Source of the DNA: Vulcanimicrobiota bacterium
Lineage (GTDB): Bacteria > Vulcanimicrobiota > Vulcanimicrobiia > Vulcanimicrobiales > Vulcanimicrobiaceae
Direction of reading: 5' to 3'
NCBI GenBank assembly: GCA_963695225.1
Contig: OY968762.1
Coordinates: 1,376,001 to 1,440,000, forward strand
DNA length: 64,000 nucleotides
Part shown: piece by piece, positions 1 through 10,952 of the stretch
How positions within the stretch are numbered: the stretch's first letter is position 1
Layout: the number at the start of each line of letters is the position of its first letter
The notes under the pieces: generated by a model
Told to the model about the DNA's origin: nothing
Databases searched by the model: none
What the model saw: only the letters and a program-made list of their open reading frames with translations
Translations under genes and position numbers: made by a program

Positions 1-1
1 C

Positions 2-544
2 GTCCAAGTCTACCCGAAGCCCGGCATCACGGTCGAAGCGGCCTCGCAAGCGGTGATCGCGGAACTGCAGCACATCCATGGGAAGCGCGCCCTTTATACG
101 ACGCAGGACACGGGGGCCGTCTTCGGTGCGTTCAACACCGTCATCGGCGTCATCGCCGCCGCCCTGACCGCGATCGGCGGCGTCTCGCTCGTCGTCGCGG
201 GAATCGGCATCATGAACATCATGCTCGTCTCCGTCACCGAGCGGACGCGAGAGATCGGATTGCGCAAATCGATCGGCGCGAGCGCGAACGACATCACGCA
301 GCAGTTCCTCACCGAAGCGATCCTGCTCTCGCTGATGGGCGGCGGGATCGGAACCGTTCTCGGTTTTCTTGCGGTCCTCGCGGCGTACGCTCCGATCGCG
401 AAGCTCGTGGGGCCCGCGCCGATCCCGTACCTGCTGATCGTCTCGGTCGCCGTCGGCTTCTCGACGATGGTCGGAACCGTCTTCGGAACGTACCCCGCGA
501 TTCGCGCGGGGCGGCTGGACCCGATCGAAGCGCTGCGTTCCTGA
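2..544 (+). CDS. ABC transporter permease, MacB/FtsX-like (5' end beyond window)
   Basis: [32 protein letters not shown] and terminal LDPIEALR are typical MacB-family permease motifs; the frame is open to the window edge. Confidence 0.9.
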   Translation, partial: VQVYPKPGITVEAASQAVIAELQHIHGKRALYTTQDTGAVFGAFNTVIGVIAAALTAIGGVSLVVAGIGIMNIMLVSVTERTREIGLRKSIGASANDITQQFLTEAILLSLMGGGIGTVLGFLAVLAAYAPIAKLVGPAPIPYLLIVSVAVGFSTMVGTVFGTYPAIRAGRLDPIEALRS

Positions 545-1740
545 TGTGGCCGTACTGGGTGGAAGCGTTCTCGGTGCTCGCCGCGCATCGCGCGCGCTCG
601 TTGCTGACGGCACTCGGCCTGATCATCGGCGTCACCGCGGTGATCGCGATCCAAATCTTGGGCTCGGGGATGTCGGGCGCCGTGCAGGGCGTCCTCGGCA
701 GCATCAACGATCGCTCGTTCGTCCTCGTCCCGAATACGCGGCAGGCCGATTTCACGCGCGCCGCGCTGAAGCCGGAGGACATCCAACGCGCCAAAAGGAC
801 GATCCCCAACATCGCGGAGGCGATCCCCGCCGTCACGATCAGCCGGCTCGTCCGGATCGGACATCGTTCCGCGCGCTTCTCGCTGACCGGCGAATCGGAC
901 GCGCGCTTCATCACGACGCCGGTCCGCTACGGGCACGCGCTGACCGCCGACGAAGTGCATTTTGCCGCGAAGGTCGCGATGATTTCCGACGCCGCGTACA
1001 CGCGGCTCTACCCCGACGGAGGCGATCCGACCGGCTTGAGCCTGCGCGTCGGCGACCGGCGCTACATCATCGTCGCGGTCCTCGCCAAACCGCGTACCGG
1101 GATCTTGCCGAACGTCGTGCGCGGGGACGTCTTCCTCCCGTACACGACGTTCACGGAGGACGAACTGCGCGGCCGGACAGTCTTAGGCGGGCGTTTTCTG
1201 ATCGCCGATCAATCGCGCTTGGGGGAGACGGAAGCCGCGACGATCCGCTTCTTCCAAGACCTCAAGCACGGGCGCGCGCAGTACCAGACGTTCGACCGCA
1301 AATCGTTCGCGAGCTTGACCGACGGCATCTTCGGCGGATTGACGCTCGTCGTCGCTCTGATCGGCGCGGTCTCGCTCGTCGTGGCGGGGATCGGGATCCT
1401 GAACATCATGCTCGTCTCGGTCGCCGAACGGACGCGTGAGATCGGCCTGCGGAAGGCGATCGGCGCGACGCGCTCCCAAGTCCTCGCCCAGTTCTTCATC
1501 GAGGCTCTGCTGCTCTCGCTCATCGGCTGCGGGATCGGCCTCGTCTTCGGGGTGGCGATCGGCTGGGCCGTCAACACGTTCGGCCTCGTGCAGATTTCCG
1601 GCGTCGTCGCGCCGATTCCGTGGCTGAACTCCATCGCGATCGCGACCGGCTTCGCCACGCTCGTGACGCTGGCGTTCGGAACGTACCCCGCCTATCGCGC
1701 CGCGTCGCTCGATCCGATCGAGGCGCTGCGCTATGAATGA
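544..1740 (+). CDS. ABC transporter permease, MacB/FtsX-like
   Basis: N-terminal [13 protein letters not shown] transmembrane segment, periplasmic domain, [42 protein letters not shown] overlap with the upstream gene. Confidence 0.92.
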   Translation: MWPYWVEAFSVLAAHRARSLLTALGLIIGVTAVIAIQILGSGMSGAVQGVLGSINDRSFVLVPNTRQADFTRAALKPEDIQRAKRTIPNIAEAIPAVTISRLVRIGHRSARFSLTGESDARFITTPVRYGHALTADEVHFAAKVAMISDAAYTRLYPDGGDPTGLSLRVGDRRYIIVAVLAKPRTGILPNVVRGDVFLPYTTFTEDELRGRTVLGGRFLIADQSRLGETEAATIRFFQDLKHGRAQYQTFDRKSFASLTDGIFGGLTLVVALIGAVSLVVAGIGILNIMLVSVAERTREIGLRKAIGATRSQVLAQFFIEALLLSLIGCGIGLVFGVAIGWAVNTFGLVQISGVVAPIPWLNSIAIATGFATLVTLAFGTYPAYRAASLDPIEALRYE

Positions 1741-2470
1741 GGCGGCAAACGAGCGCTCGGCGCGCGGCGCGGCGATCGACGTCCGCAACGTGACGAAGGT
1801 CTACAAGAACGGCGCGCTCGAGGTCCCCGCGTTGCGCGGCGTGACGTTCACGATCGAGCGCGGCGAATACGTCGCGATCATGGGGCCGTCGGGCTCCGGA
1901 AAGTCGACGTTGATGAACCTGCTCGGCTGCCTCGACCGTCCCACGAGCGGGACGTACGTCCTGGACGGGATCGACGTCGGAACGCTCGACGACAACGCAC
2001 TCGCCCAGATCCGGCTCAAGAAGCTCGGCTTCGTCTTCCAAGGCTTCAACCTGCTCGCGCGGACGGACGCCGTCAAGAACGTCGCGCTCCCGCTGTTCTA
2101 CGCCGGCATCCCCACGAAGCAACGCAACGCCGCCGCGGCCGACCGCCTCCGGGAGGTCGGCCTCGGCGACCGGCTCGACCACAAGCCGAGCGAACTTTCC
2201 GGGGGGCAGCAGCAGCGCGTGGCGATCGCCCGCGCGCTGGTGAACGACCCGGCCGTCCTGCTCGCCGACGAGCCGACGGGGAACCTCGATTCGCAGACGA
2301 GCGCCGAGATCATGGAGCTCTTCGCCCAGCTCAACGCCGCCGGGCGCACGATCATCATGGTCACGCACGACGCCGAGATCGCCCGCAACGCCAAGCGCGT
2401 CATCCGGACCCGCGACGGCCTGATCGTCTCCGACGAGGCCGCCGCCCAGAACGCGCCGCGGGCCCGTTGA
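1733..2470 (+). CDS. ABC transporter ATP-binding protein (LolD/MacB-type)
   Basis: Walker [10 protein letters not shown], signature LSGGQQQR, Walker [13 protein letters not shown]-loop VTHD. Confidence 0.95.
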   Translation: MNEAANERSARGAAIDVRNVTKVYKNGALEVPALRGVTFTIERGEYVAIMGPSGSGKSTLMNLLGCLDRPTSGTYVLDGIDVGTLDDNALAQIRLKKLGFVFQGFNLLARTDAVKNVALPLFYAGIPTKQRNAAAADRLREVGLGDRLDHKPSELSGGQQQRVAIARALVNDPAVLLADEPTGNLDSQTSAEIMELFAQLNAAGRTIIMVTHDAEIARNAKRVIRTRDGLIVSDEAAAQNAPRAR

Positions 2471-2548
2471 CGAACGGCTGCGACCTTTTTACGTTTGGCG
2501 AGTAGGACCGTTCCGTGCTCAATCGACCCTCTCTACCGTAGGGACCAC

Positions 2549-3790
2549 ATGCAGAAGAAATCTCGTATCCTTCCGACCCTCGTCGTCGGGCTCGTCGGCG
2601 CCGTCCTGGGCTCCTTCGCGATGATGCTCTATGCCAGCACCCACTTCACGAACGTGGCCGGGCCGGGCAACACGCCGCCCGCGGTCAGCGCGGCGCCCGT
2701 CGTCGCAGCAGCCGGCGGCAGCGACCAGGACCGGATCGTCGGGGCCGTCAAGCGCGTCGAACCGTCCGTCGTGGCGCTCAACGTCACGGTCAACGGCCAG
2801 CAGATCGTCCCGACCGACCCGTTCATCGAGTTCTTCGGCGGACACAGCCCCCAGCAAGTCCAGAAGTTCCGCGCCCGCGCCTCAGGCTCGGGGTGGGTCT
2901 ACTCGCGTTCCGGAAACACGGCGCTGATCGTCACGAACGCGCACGTCGTGACCGCCCCCAACCGGGCGGCGATCTCCAAGCTCGAAGTGGTCTTCAAGAA
3001 CGGCGACCGGGTCCCGGCGAAGGTCTACGCGACCGACCTCGCTCAGGATCTCGCACTGGTCAAGGTCGAGGGCTATGACAAGCTTCCGCCCGCGCTCGAG
3101 CTCGCCGACTCGGCGAAGCTGCAGGCGGGGCAGTGGGCGATCGCCGTCGGCGAGCCGTTCGAACTGAAGCAAAGCGTCTCGCTCGGGATCGTCTCCGGCT
3201 TCAACCGTGACGAGACGATCGGGAACGAGAACGGCACCGCCCAAGAATTCAAGGGCCTGCTGCAGACCTCGGCGCCCATCAACCCGGGGAATTCCGGCGG
3301 ACCGCTCGTCGACATCGACGGCCGCGTGATCGGCGTGAACCAGTCGACCGCGAATCCGCAGGCCGGCGCCCAGGGCATCGGTTTCGCGATACCCTCGAAC
3401 ACCGTCAAGCTCGTCCTGGCCGATCTCGAGAAGACGCCCGGGACGCGGCAAGGGACCGGCGTCGGCTATATCGGCGTCCTGCTCGGGACGCTGACCCCCG
3501 AGATCCGCGTCCAGCTCAACGACTTCAAGGGCGAAGGCGTCCTCGTCGCCCAGGTGACCGGGGGCTCCCCGGCCGACGACGCGGGGATGAACGCGGGCGA
3601 CGTGATCCAGCGGATCAACGGCAAGGACGTCGTGAAGGTGGAGGACGCGATCGCCGCGATCAAAGCGACGAAGCCCGGCCAGAGCATTTCGATGAACGTC
3701 TGGAGCGGCGGCGTCAAGAAGCTCATCACCGTGAAGGTCCAGGAGCGCCCCGCCGCCCTCAACCTTCCCCAACCGCAGGAAACGCCGTAG
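2549..3790 (+). CDS. htrA: HtrA/DegP-family (S1C) serine protease with one PDZ domain
   Basis: N-terminal TM, TNAHVV (His), DLALVK (Asp), INPGNSGGPL (Ser), C-terminal PDZ (SPADDAG..GDVI); ATG 2549 chosen over TTG 2495. Confidence 0.9.
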   Translation: MQKKSRILPTLVVGLVGAVLGSFAMMLYASTHFTNVAGPGNTPPAVSAAPVVAAAGGSDQDRIVGAVKRVEPSVVALNVTVNGQQIVPTDPFIEFFGGHSPQQVQKFRARASGSGWVYSRSGNTALIVTNAHVVTAPNRAAISKLEVVFKNGDRVPAKVYATDLAQDLALVKVEGYDKLPPALELADSAKLQAGQWAIAVGEPFELKQSVSLGIVSGFNRDETIGNENGTAQEFKGLLQTSAPINPGNSGGPLVDIDGRVIGVNQSTANPQAGAQGIGFAIPSNTVKLVLADLEKTPGTRQGTGVGYIGVLLGTLTPEIRVQLNDFKGEGVLVAQVTGGSPADDAGMNAGDVIQRINGKDVVKVEDAIAAIKATKPGQSISMNVWSGGVKKLITVKVQERPAALNLPQPQETP

Positions 3791-3835
3791 CAGGCCCGCC
3801 TGCCGTCACGTCATCCTGGGGTCGTCGGCGGATGA

Positions 3836-4126
3836 GCTTTCCCCGCGTGGCCCGCGTCCGGAGCGGGGCGGGGTTCCCCCGCGGGGACGCCCGCGATTTC
3901 GCATCCATGCGAAATCGCTACTCGTGCACTTGCCCGCTCCCGCCATCGTGGCTCCGCGGGCAAGCTGCACGCCCCGCGGAGAAACCCCGCCCCGCTCCGG
4001 ACGCTACCATGCATTCCACGGTCACCGTAGGGTCTTGCCCGCTCCCGCTATCGCGGCTCCGCGGGTAAGCTAGGCTCCCCCGCGGGGGAACCTCGTCCCG
4101 CTCCGGACGCGGGCCGCGCGGAAAGC
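3836..4126. repeat. Nested inverted/direct repeat element (REP/MITE-like or structured RNA)
   Basis: The ~50-bp left arm 3836-3886 is complementary to 4077-4125 and partly to 3972-4004. A ~38-bp self-complementary direct repeat lies at 3929-3966 and 4034-4071. A palindrome GCGATTTCGCAT-CC-ATGCGAAATCGC lies at 3893-3918. Confidence 0.85.
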
Positions 4127-4147
4127 ATGGCCGGACAAAGCAACTAT

Positions 4148-4176
4148 TTGACCCGATTGCGGTATCTTGCTAGAAG
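4148..4176 (+). promoter_or_regulatory. Putative sigma70-type promoter for dnaK operon
   Basis: TTGACC-17 bp-TAGAAG with extended -10 TG, in an AT-richer patch upstream of dnaK. Confidence 0.4.
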
Positions 4177-4317
4177 AGGCAAGCTCTAGTAGACTCCCCG
4201 GCGCCGGGTGAACGGCGCAATCCTACTTTTCGATCGACGGTAAGCGGCAAGGCCGAAGCCGGCTACTCCGGCGAGGATGGTCCACGCCGATCGAAGTTTC
4301 GGAGTAAGAAGAACATT

Positions 4318-6207
4318 ATGGCCAAAGTGGTCGGCATCGACCTGGGCACGACGAACTCCGTCGTTGCCGTCATGGAAGGGCAGACGCCCTCCGTCATCGC
4401 GAATTCCGAAGGCAGCCGGACGACCCCGTCCGTCGTCGCCTTCACGAAGACCGGCGAACGCCTCGTGGGGCAACTCGCCAAACGCCAAGCCGTTACGAAC
4501 ACCGAGCGGACGATCTCCTCGATCAAGCGACAGATGGGGACCGACCACAAGGTCAAGATCGACGGCAAGGACTACACGCCGCAAGAGATCTCGGCGATGG
4601 TGCTGCAGAAGCTCGTCAACGACGCTTCGACCTACCTCGGCGAGCGCGTGACGAAAGCGGTCGTCACCGTCCCGGCCTATTTCAACGACGCTCAACGCCA
4701 AGCGACGAAGGACGCGGGGAAGATCGCCGGGCTCGAAGTCCTGCGCATCATCAACGAGCCGACGGCTGCGGCGCTCGCCTACGGACTCGATAAGAAGGGC
4801 CAAGAGAAGATCCTCGTTTGGGACCTCGGCGGCGGAACGTTCGACGTTTCGATCCTCGAAGTCGGCGACGGCGTTTTCGAAGTGCTCTCGACGAACGGCG
4901 ACACGCATCTCGGCGGCGACGACTACGACCTCCGCGTCGTCAACTTCCTCGTCTCCGAATTCCGCAAGGACCAGGGGATCGATCTCTCGAGCGACCGCCA
5001 GGCGATGCAACGCCTCACCGAGGCAGCCGAGAAGGCGAAGATCGAGCTCTCGTCGGTCGTCCAGACGAACATCAACCTGCCGTTCATCACGGCGAACGCC
5101 GAGGGGCCCAAGCATCTCGACATGACGCTGACGCGGGCCAAGTTCGAAGAGCTGACGAGCGATCTCACGGATCGCCAGATCGGGCCGTTCAAGGCCGCCC
5201 TCGGCGACGCGAAGCTCGACATCTCGGCGATCGACGAGGTCGTCATGGTCGGCGGCTCGACGCGCATGCCCTGCGTGCAGGAACTCGTTCGCAAGCTCAC
5301 CGGCAAAGAACTCAACCAATCCGTCAACCCGGATGAAGTCGTGGCGATCGGCGCCGCGATTCAGGCCGGCGTTCTCGCCGGCGAAGTTCGCGACGTCGTC
5401 TTGCTCGACGTGACGCCCCTTTCGCTCGGGCTCGAGACGCTCGGCGGCGTGAACACGAAGCTGATCGAGCGGAACACGACGATCCCGACGAAGAAGTCGC
5501 AAGTCTTCACCACGGCCGAGGACGGCCAAACGTCGGTCGACATCCACGTGCTGCAAGGCGAACGCGACATGGCCGCCGACAACAAGACGCTCGGCCGTTT
5601 CCGCCTCGAAGGCATCCCCGCGGCTCCGCGCGGAATCCCGCAGATCGAAGTGACGTTCAACATCGATGCGAACGGCATCGTGAACGTCGCCGCAAAAGAT
5701 CTTGGGACCGGGAGGGAACAGCAGATCACGATTACCGCGTCGACGAACCTGAACAAGGCGGAAGTCGATCGGATGGTCCGCGAGGCCGAATCCGCCCGCG
5801 CCGACGATCAGCGCAAGAAGGACGAAGCGGAGGTCCGCAACCAAGCCTCGAGCCTGATCTATTCGACGGAGAAATCGCTCAAGGAAGTCGGCGACAAGCT
5901 CGACGCGGCCGCGAAGGGAGACGTCGAGGCGGCTCTCGCCGAACTCAAGCGCGTCAGCGACAACGGCACTTCGGCCGAGATCAAGGCCGCGACCGAGAAG
6001 CTCCAGCAGAGCTCGTACAAGATGGCGGAGCTGCTCTACCAGAAGGCGGGCGGCGGCGGCCAGACCGACGGCGCAGCGCCGGGCGGAGCGAACGGTGCCG
6101 GAACCGGAACCGGAACCGGAGCCGGAGCCGGTGCGGGTGCGGGTACCGGTGCGGCTGCGGGCCCGAGCGACGACGTCATCGACGCCGAGTTCAAGGAATC
6201 GAAGTAA
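4318..6207 (+). CDS. dnaK: Molecular chaperone DnaK (Hsp70)
   Basis: [37 protein letters not shown], terminal DDVIDAEF; Gly-Thr/Gly-Ala low-complexity tail. Confidence 0.99.
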   Translation: MAKVVGIDLGTTNSVVAVMEGQTPSVIANSEGSRTTPSVVAFTKTGERLVGQLAKRQAVTNTERTISSIKRQMGTDHKVKIDGKDYTPQEISAMVLQKLVNDASTYLGERVTKAVVTVPAYFNDAQRQATKDAGKIAGLEVLRIINEPTAAALAYGLDKKGQEKILVWDLGGGTFDVSILEVGDGVFEVLSTNGDTHLGGDDYDLRVVNFLVSEFRKDQGIDLSSDRQAMQRLTEAAEKAKIELSSVVQTNINLPFITANAEGPKHLDMTLTRAKFEELTSDLTDRQIGPFKAALGDAKLDISAIDEVVMVGGSTRMPCVQELVRKLTGKELNQSVNPDEVVAIGAAIQAGVLAGEVRDVVLLDVTPLSLGLETLGGVNTKLIERNTTIPTKKSQVFTTAEDGQTSVDIHVLQGERDMAADNKTLGRFRLEGIPAAPRGIPQIEVTFNIDANGIVNVAAKDLGTGREQQITITASTNLNKAEVDRMVREAESARADDQRKKDEAEVRNQASSLIYSTEKSLKEVGDKLDAAAKGDVEAALAELKRVSDNGTSAEIKAATEKLQQSSYKMAELLYQKAGGGGQTDGAAPGGANGAGTGTGTGAGAGAGAGTGAAAGPSDDVIDAEFKESK

Positions 6208-6224
6208 CACCGCCGATCACACGA

Positions 6225-6261
6225 TGCGCGCCGGTGCCCGCACGGCGCCGGCGCGCACTTT
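6225..6261 (+). terminator. Hairpin between dnaK and grpE (terminator or mRNA-stabilising)
   Basis: TGCGCGCCGGTGCC-loop-GGCGCCGGCGCGCA followed by CTTT. Confidence 0.5.
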
Positions 6262-6274
6262 GAGGTTTAAGAGC

Positions 6275-6829
6275 ATGGAGATCGACGCACAGCACGCCGA
6301 CGCATCCGACGTCGTCACGACGCGCGATGCGCGCACGGAGGCGGCCGCCGGCGATGCGGCCGCGCGCGAGGCGGAGCTGCTGGCACAATTGGAAGAAGCT
6401 AACGCCCGCGCGAAAGAGCATTACGACAGCGCGCTCTACGCGGTCGCGGAGTTCGAGAACTACAAGAAGCGCGCGCAGCGCCAAGTCGTCGACCAGTTGA
6501 AGCACGGCAAGAAAGCGATCCTCGCGAGATTCCTGCCCGTGATCGACAACCTCGAGCGGGCGCTCGCGCTCGAAATCCCGCCGGGCGGTTTGAAGGACGG
6601 CCTGGATGCCACGCTGCGCGGGTTCGAGAGCGCCCTCGAGAGCGAGAACGTGAAGCCGCTCTCGCTCGTCGGAACGCCGTTCGATCCCCGCGTGGCGGAA
6701 GCGATCGGCACGCGCGAATCCGCGGATGTGGAGGATGACACGGTCCTCGAAGTGGCCCGGCGCGGCTACGCGATCGGCGACGACCTGCTGCGGCCGGCGC
6801 TCGTGATCGTGTCGAAGAAACCCGCGTGA
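6275..6829 (+). CDS. grpE: Nucleotide exchange factor GrpE
   Basis: [42 protein letters not shown]; lies between dnaK and dnaJ. Confidence 0.95.
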   Translation: MEIDAQHADASDVVTTRDARTEAAAGDAAAREAELLAQLEEANARAKEHYDSALYAVAEFENYKKRAQRQVVDQLKHGKKAILARFLPVIDNLERALALEIPPGGLKDGLDATLRGFESALESENVKPLSLVGTPFDPRVAEAIGTRESADVEDDTVLEVARRGYAIGDDLLRPALVIVSKKPA

Positions 6830-7854
6830 ACTACAAGGACTACTATCAAACCCTCGGCGTCCCGAAAAACGCGGCTCAGAAAGACATCAAGTCCGCGTAC
6901 CGCAAGCTCGCGCGCAAATGGCATCCCGATGCGAATCTGGAGAACAAGAGCGCCGCCGAGGAAAAGTTCAAGGAGATCCAAGAGGCCTACGAAGTTCTGG
7001 GCGACGCCGAGAAGCGCGCCAAGTACGACGCGCTGGGCAGCGATTGGCAGCGGGCCGCGCAGCAGGCGGAGGCGCAGCGCCGGTACCGCGCGTCGCAAAC
7101 GGAGCCCGGGTTCGATTTCGGCGGGTTCGAAGGGGGCGGCGCCCCGCACGGCGCGCCAAGCGGCTTCTCGGATTTCTTCGACTCGTTCTTTTCGAACGTC
7201 GGGCGCCGGCCGGGCCCCGCGCGCGGCGTCGCGCAGCGCGGCGGCGACCTCGAAACCACGATCGACCTGACGCTCGCGGAAGCCTTCGCAGGCGGGACGA
7301 AATCCGTCGCTCTGCACGTCGAGGACGCGTGCGCGACCTGCGGCGGAACCGGCGTAGAACGCGGCACGCAGCAAATCTGCCGGGTCTGTCACGGGACGGG
7401 GCGGACCGTCGCCACGAAGCGGTTCGACGTCACGATCCCAAAAGGCATCCGGGCGGGGCAGCGGATTCGCCTAGCCGGACAAGGGAGCCGCGGCACGGGA
7501 GGCGGGCCGAACGGCGACCTCTATCTCGTCGTGCAGTTTGCCGAGGACCCGCGCTATCAACGCAAGGGCGACGATCTCTACATCGACCTCCCGGTCAACA
7601 TCTACGATCTCGTGCTCGGCGGCGAAGTGACGGTCCCGACGATGACGGGCAACGTCTCGATGACGATCAAGCCGGGGATGCAAAACAATCAAACCGTACG
7701 CCTCGCCGGAAAAGGGATGCCGAAACCGAAGGGCGCCGGGCACGGCGACCAATACGTCCGCCTCGTCGGCCTGTTGCCGACGAAGCTCAGCGATGCGGAG
7801 CGGCGGCTGTTCCGAGAGCTCGCTGCGTTGCGGAACGGCTCGGCGACGCACTAG
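6826..7854 (+). CDS. dnaJ: DnaJ-family co-chaperone with reduced zinc finger
   Basis: J domain with HPD, G/F region, two CxxCxGxG motifs, C-terminal domain; GTGA overlap with grpE. Confidence 0.9.
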   Translation: MNYKDYYQTLGVPKNAAQKDIKSAYRKLARKWHPDANLENKSAAEEKFKEIQEAYEVLGDAEKRAKYDALGSDWQRAAQQAEAQRRYRASQTEPGFDFGGFEGGGAPHGAPSGFSDFFDSFFSNVGRRPGPARGVAQRGGDLETTIDLTLAEAFAGGTKSVALHVEDACATCGGTGVERGTQQICRVCHGTGRTVATKRFDVTIPKGIRAGQRIRLAGQGSRGTGGGPNGDLYLVVQFAEDPRYQRKGDDLYIDLPVNIYDLVLGGEVTVPTMTGNVSMTIKPGMQNNQTVRLAGKGMPKPKGAGHGDQYVRLVGLLPTKLSDAERRLFRELAALRNGSATH

Positions 7855-7919
7855 CCGCCGGCTTCCGGCGCAGTGCCGCGGCACGTTTCGAAGCGCTTGG
7901 GCCGGGTATTAGCCGAAAC

Positions 7920-9056
7920 ATGGGATCGCAGAGCCCCCCTGGGAAGAACATCCGCGTGGGCCTTCTCGGCGCCGGAGGCTTCAGCGTGTTCGCCTCCCAG
8001 CATTTCGCGCGCGTCGCGGGCGCCGAGATTGCCGGCGTCGCCGATCTCAACCCCGTTCCGGCGCTCGCGATCGCGGAGCGCTTCGGCCTCGGCACGCCCG
8101 ACGACGTGGCGGGGTTGCTCGCGCGCGACGATATCGATCTGATCTACATCTCGACCCCGCCGTTCTTGCATCACGAGCAGTCGATGGCGGCGTTGCGCGC
8201 CGGCAAGCACGTGATCGTCGAGAAACCGACGGCGTTGACGCTCGCCGAGGCCGACGAAATGATCGCGCTCGCCGGCCGAACCGGCCGCTTGATGGTCACC
8301 GACCTGATGCAGCGCTACAATCCCCTCTTCGACGCGGTCGCCGAACTCGTCCGGCGCAAGCCGCTCGGCGAGTTCTTGCACGGCTACTTCGAGAACTACG
8401 CCGGGGACGAAGGGCTCGGCCCCGAGCATTGGTTCTGGGACCGCTCGCGCAGCGGCGGCATCTTCATCGAACACGTCGTGCACTTCTTCGATATGTTCGC
8501 GGGCTGGCTCGGCGAAGGCGAAGTGATCGCCGCCCAGCGTACGCTGCGCCCCGGGAGCGGGATCGAGGAGCAGACGAACTGCACGATCCGCTATCGCGAC
8601 GGGATGCTCGTGAACATGTACAACGGGTTCACGCAAGCGAACCGGCTCGATCGCCAAGAGACGCGGCTGCTCTTCGAGCGCGGCGACCTCACGCTCGACG
8701 GCTGGATCCCGATCCGCGCGCGCATTCGCGCGCTGGCGAACGGCCCCGGCCTCGCGGAGTTGACCGCCCTGTTCCCGCTTGCGGACGTAAGGATCGAGCC
8801 GATCCGGCCCGGCGAGCTCGCCCCGAGCCGCGCCCGCCAAAAGCCGCTCGCGGTCGATCGCTCGGTCGAGCTCGACGAGGGGCTCGGCACCGACAAATCG
8901 CAGCGCTACGGGGAGATGCTGCGGGCGATGCTCGCCGACCAAATCGGCTGGATCCGGGACCCGAGCCGCCGGCGCAAGATCACGGAAGAGAACGGCCGCG
9001 CCTCGCTGGCGATGGCCGTCCGCGCGACGCAGCTTGCAGATCTCGCGGAGGCGTGA
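7920..9056 (+). CDS. Gfo/Idh/MocA family oxidoreductase
   Basis: IRVGLLGAGGF Rossmann motif, YISTPPFLH, GKHVIVEKP, SGGIFIEHVVHFFD. Confidence 0.9.
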   Translation: MGSQSPPGKNIRVGLLGAGGFSVFASQHFARVAGAEIAGVADLNPVPALAIAERFGLGTPDDVAGLLARDDIDLIYISTPPFLHHEQSMAALRAGKHVIVEKPTALTLAEADEMIALAGRTGRLMVTDLMQRYNPLFDAVAELVRRKPLGEFLHGYFENYAGDEGLGPEHWFWDRSRSGGIFIEHVVHFFDMFAGWLGEGEVIAAQRTLRPGSGIEEQTNCTIRYRDGMLVNMYNGFTQANRLDRQETRLLFERGDLTLDGWIPIRARIRALANGPGLAELTALFPLADVRIEPIRPGELAPSRARQKPLAVDRSVELDEGLGTDKSQRYGEMLRAMLADQIGWIRDPSRRRKITEENGRASLAMAVRATQLADLAEA

Positions 9057-9105
9057 CCCGGCGGCGGCGAGCAACCCTCCGCGGCGCCTCAAGGTCTAAC
9101 GGCAT

Positions 9106-10938
9106 GTGTTAGGCGGCCCTCCAGTCCACTTGATGTGGTCCTCCATGTTCAACCCCGACAAGCCGCAGGTCAGGCGACCGGTGGAATGGCGGCGCATCGG
9201 CGCGCTCTTCCTGCCCTACTGGCGGAAGGAAGCGGCAGTGCTCGCCTGCATCCTGGTCGGGGCGCTCTTAGGGCTCGGGCCGACGATCTTCACGAAGTGG
9301 CTGATCGACGACGCGCTCGCCCGGCGCGACTCGACGGCGCTCGCGCTCGACGTCGGCGGCATGGTGGCGGCGGCGATCGTCGCCGGGCTGATCGGAGTCT
9401 ACCAGGGCTTCCTGAACTCGTACGTGGGCGAAGGGATCATGCGGGACATGCGGACGAACCTCGTCTCGCATCTCCACCGCATGCCGATCTCGTTCTTCAC
9501 GGGCACGAAGACCGGCGAGATCATGAATCGCGTCTCGAGCGACGTCGACAACATCGACAACGTCGTGACCGGCACGCTCGTGACGATCGTGACGAACGTC
9601 GCCGTCATGCTGACGACGATCGCGACGATGTTCTTCCTCGATTGGCGCCTCGCGCTCTTGGCGCTCGCGGTCGTCCCGTTCATGATCCTTCCCCTCGGTC
9701 CCGTGGGCCGGCGGATGTACGACATCCGCAAACTCACTCGCGAAAAGCGCGACCAGATCGAGAGCATCACGCAAGAGACGCTCTCGATCTCAGGGATCAC
9801 GCTGATCAAATCGTTCGTGCGCGAGTCGTTCGAAGGGAAGCGCTTCTACGCGGCCGGGACGGATCTGATGACGCTCGAGATCCGGCTCGCCATGGTCGGG
9901 CGCTGGTTCATCGCGGCGATCACGGCGATGGTCGTGATCGGCCCGGCGATCGTGTGGCTCGCCGGCGGATACCTCGCGATCAAGGGAGCGCTGACGATCG
10001 GGACGATCGTTGCGTTCGTGACGTTGCTCGGCCGCCTCTACTCGCCCGCTTCGAGCCTCGCGAGCGTCCAAGTGCAGATCGTCAGCGCGCTCGCCGTCTT
10101 CGAGCGAATCTTCGAATACCTCGACATGACCCCGGAGGGCGCGCTCGATGCCGAGCGTCCCGGCGGCGGGCGCTTGCTTCCGACCGTGCGCGGCGAGATC
10201 CGCTTCGAGGACGTGCACTTCTCCTATTCGCCGGAGCGCAGCGCGCTCAACGGCGTGACGCTCACGATCGAGCCGGGGCAGGTCGCGGCCCTCGTCGGGC
10301 CTTCCGGCGCGGGGAAGACGACGATCACACAACTCGTACCGCGTTTCTACGACCCCACGTCCGGCGTCGTCCGTATCGACGGGATCGACGCGCGCGATCT
10401 GGACCTGCAATCCTTGCGTTCGCACATCGGAATCGTCACGCAAGAGACCTACCTCTTCCACGATACGATTTTGGCGAATCTCCGCTACGGCCGCATCGAC
10501 GCCTCGCAAGAGGATATCGAACGGGCCGCCCGCGCCGCGAACATCCACGAGTTCATCGCAAGCCTGCCCGACGGATACGCGACGATCGTCGGCGAGCGCG
10601 GGCATAAGCTCTCCGGCGGCGAGCGCCAACGCCTCGCGATCGCGCGCGTCCTGCTGAAGGACCCGCGCATCCTGATCCTCGACGAAGCGACGAGCGCGCT
10701 CGATTCCCACAACGAAGCGCTCATCCAAGACGCCCTCGTCCCGTTGATGGCGGGCCGGACGAGCCTCGTGATCGCGCACCGGCTCTCGACGATCCTCTCC
10801 GCCGACGCGATCTTCGTCGTCGAGAACGGGCGCATCGCAGAGCACGGGACGCATGCGGAATTGCTCGCGCGCGGCGGAAGCTATGCTTCGCTCTACTGGA
10901 CCCAGTTCCGCGAACAGGCACCGGCGGTCGGCGCGTAG
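9106..10938 (+). CDS. ABC exporter, fused TMD + NBD (MsbA/MdlB-like); start uncertain (9106/9133/9145)
   Basis: Multi-TM N-terminal half; GPSGAGKT, LSGGERQR, ILILDEATSALD, IAHRLST. Confidence 0.93.
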   Translation: MLGGPPVHLMWSSMFNPDKPQVRRPVEWRRIGALFLPYWRKEAAVLACILVGALLGLGPTIFTKWLIDDALARRDSTALALDVGGMVAAAIVAGLIGVYQGFLNSYVGEGIMRDMRTNLVSHLHRMPISFFTGTKTGEIMNRVSSDVDNIDNVVTGTLVTIVTNVAVMLTTIATMFFLDWRLALLALAVVPFMILPLGPVGRRMYDIRKLTREKRDQIESITQETLSISGITLIKSFVRESFEGKRFYAAGTDLMTLEIRLAMVGRWFIAAITAMVVIGPAIVWLAGGYLAIKGALTIGTIVAFVTLLGRLYSPASSLASVQVQIVSALAVFERIFEYLDMTPEGALDAERPGGGRLLPTVRGEIRFEDVHFSYSPERSALNGVTLTIEPGQVAALVGPSGAGKTTITQLVPRFYDPTSGVVRIDGIDARDLDLQSLRSHIGIVTQETYLFHDTILANLRYGRIDASQEDIERAARAANIHEFIASLPDGYATIVGERGHKLSGGERQRLAIARVLLKDPRILILDEATSALDSHNEALIQDALVPLMAGRTSLVIAHRLSTILSADAIFVVENGRIAEHGTHAELLARGGSYASLYWTQFREQAPAVGA

Positions 10939-10952
10939 CACTTCAGGCGTCG

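Noticed and set aside
3860..4100. GTTCCCCCGCGGGGA segments resembling type I-E CRISPR repeats
   Set aside because: The copies are in mixed orientation, without regular unique spacers, and no cas genes are nearby.
4127..4317. CIRCE (HrcA) or HAIR (HspR) operator upstream of dnaK
   Set aside because: Neither TTAGCACTC-N9-GAGTGCTAA nor CTTGAGT-N7-ACTCAAG was found by eye.
6097..6150. 6-bp tandem repeats (CCGGAA/CCGGAG) at the end of dnaK as a phase-variation tract
   Set aside because: The units are in frame and lie within the normally variable, disordered DnaK tail.
4186..6210. 674-aa ORF antisense to dnaK, and similar long antisense or alternate-frame ORFs over pyc, fumC, lpdA, gdh and others
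   Set aside because: Typical stop-poor shadow frames in high-GC DNA; Arg-rich and without motifs, while the opposing frame matches known families.
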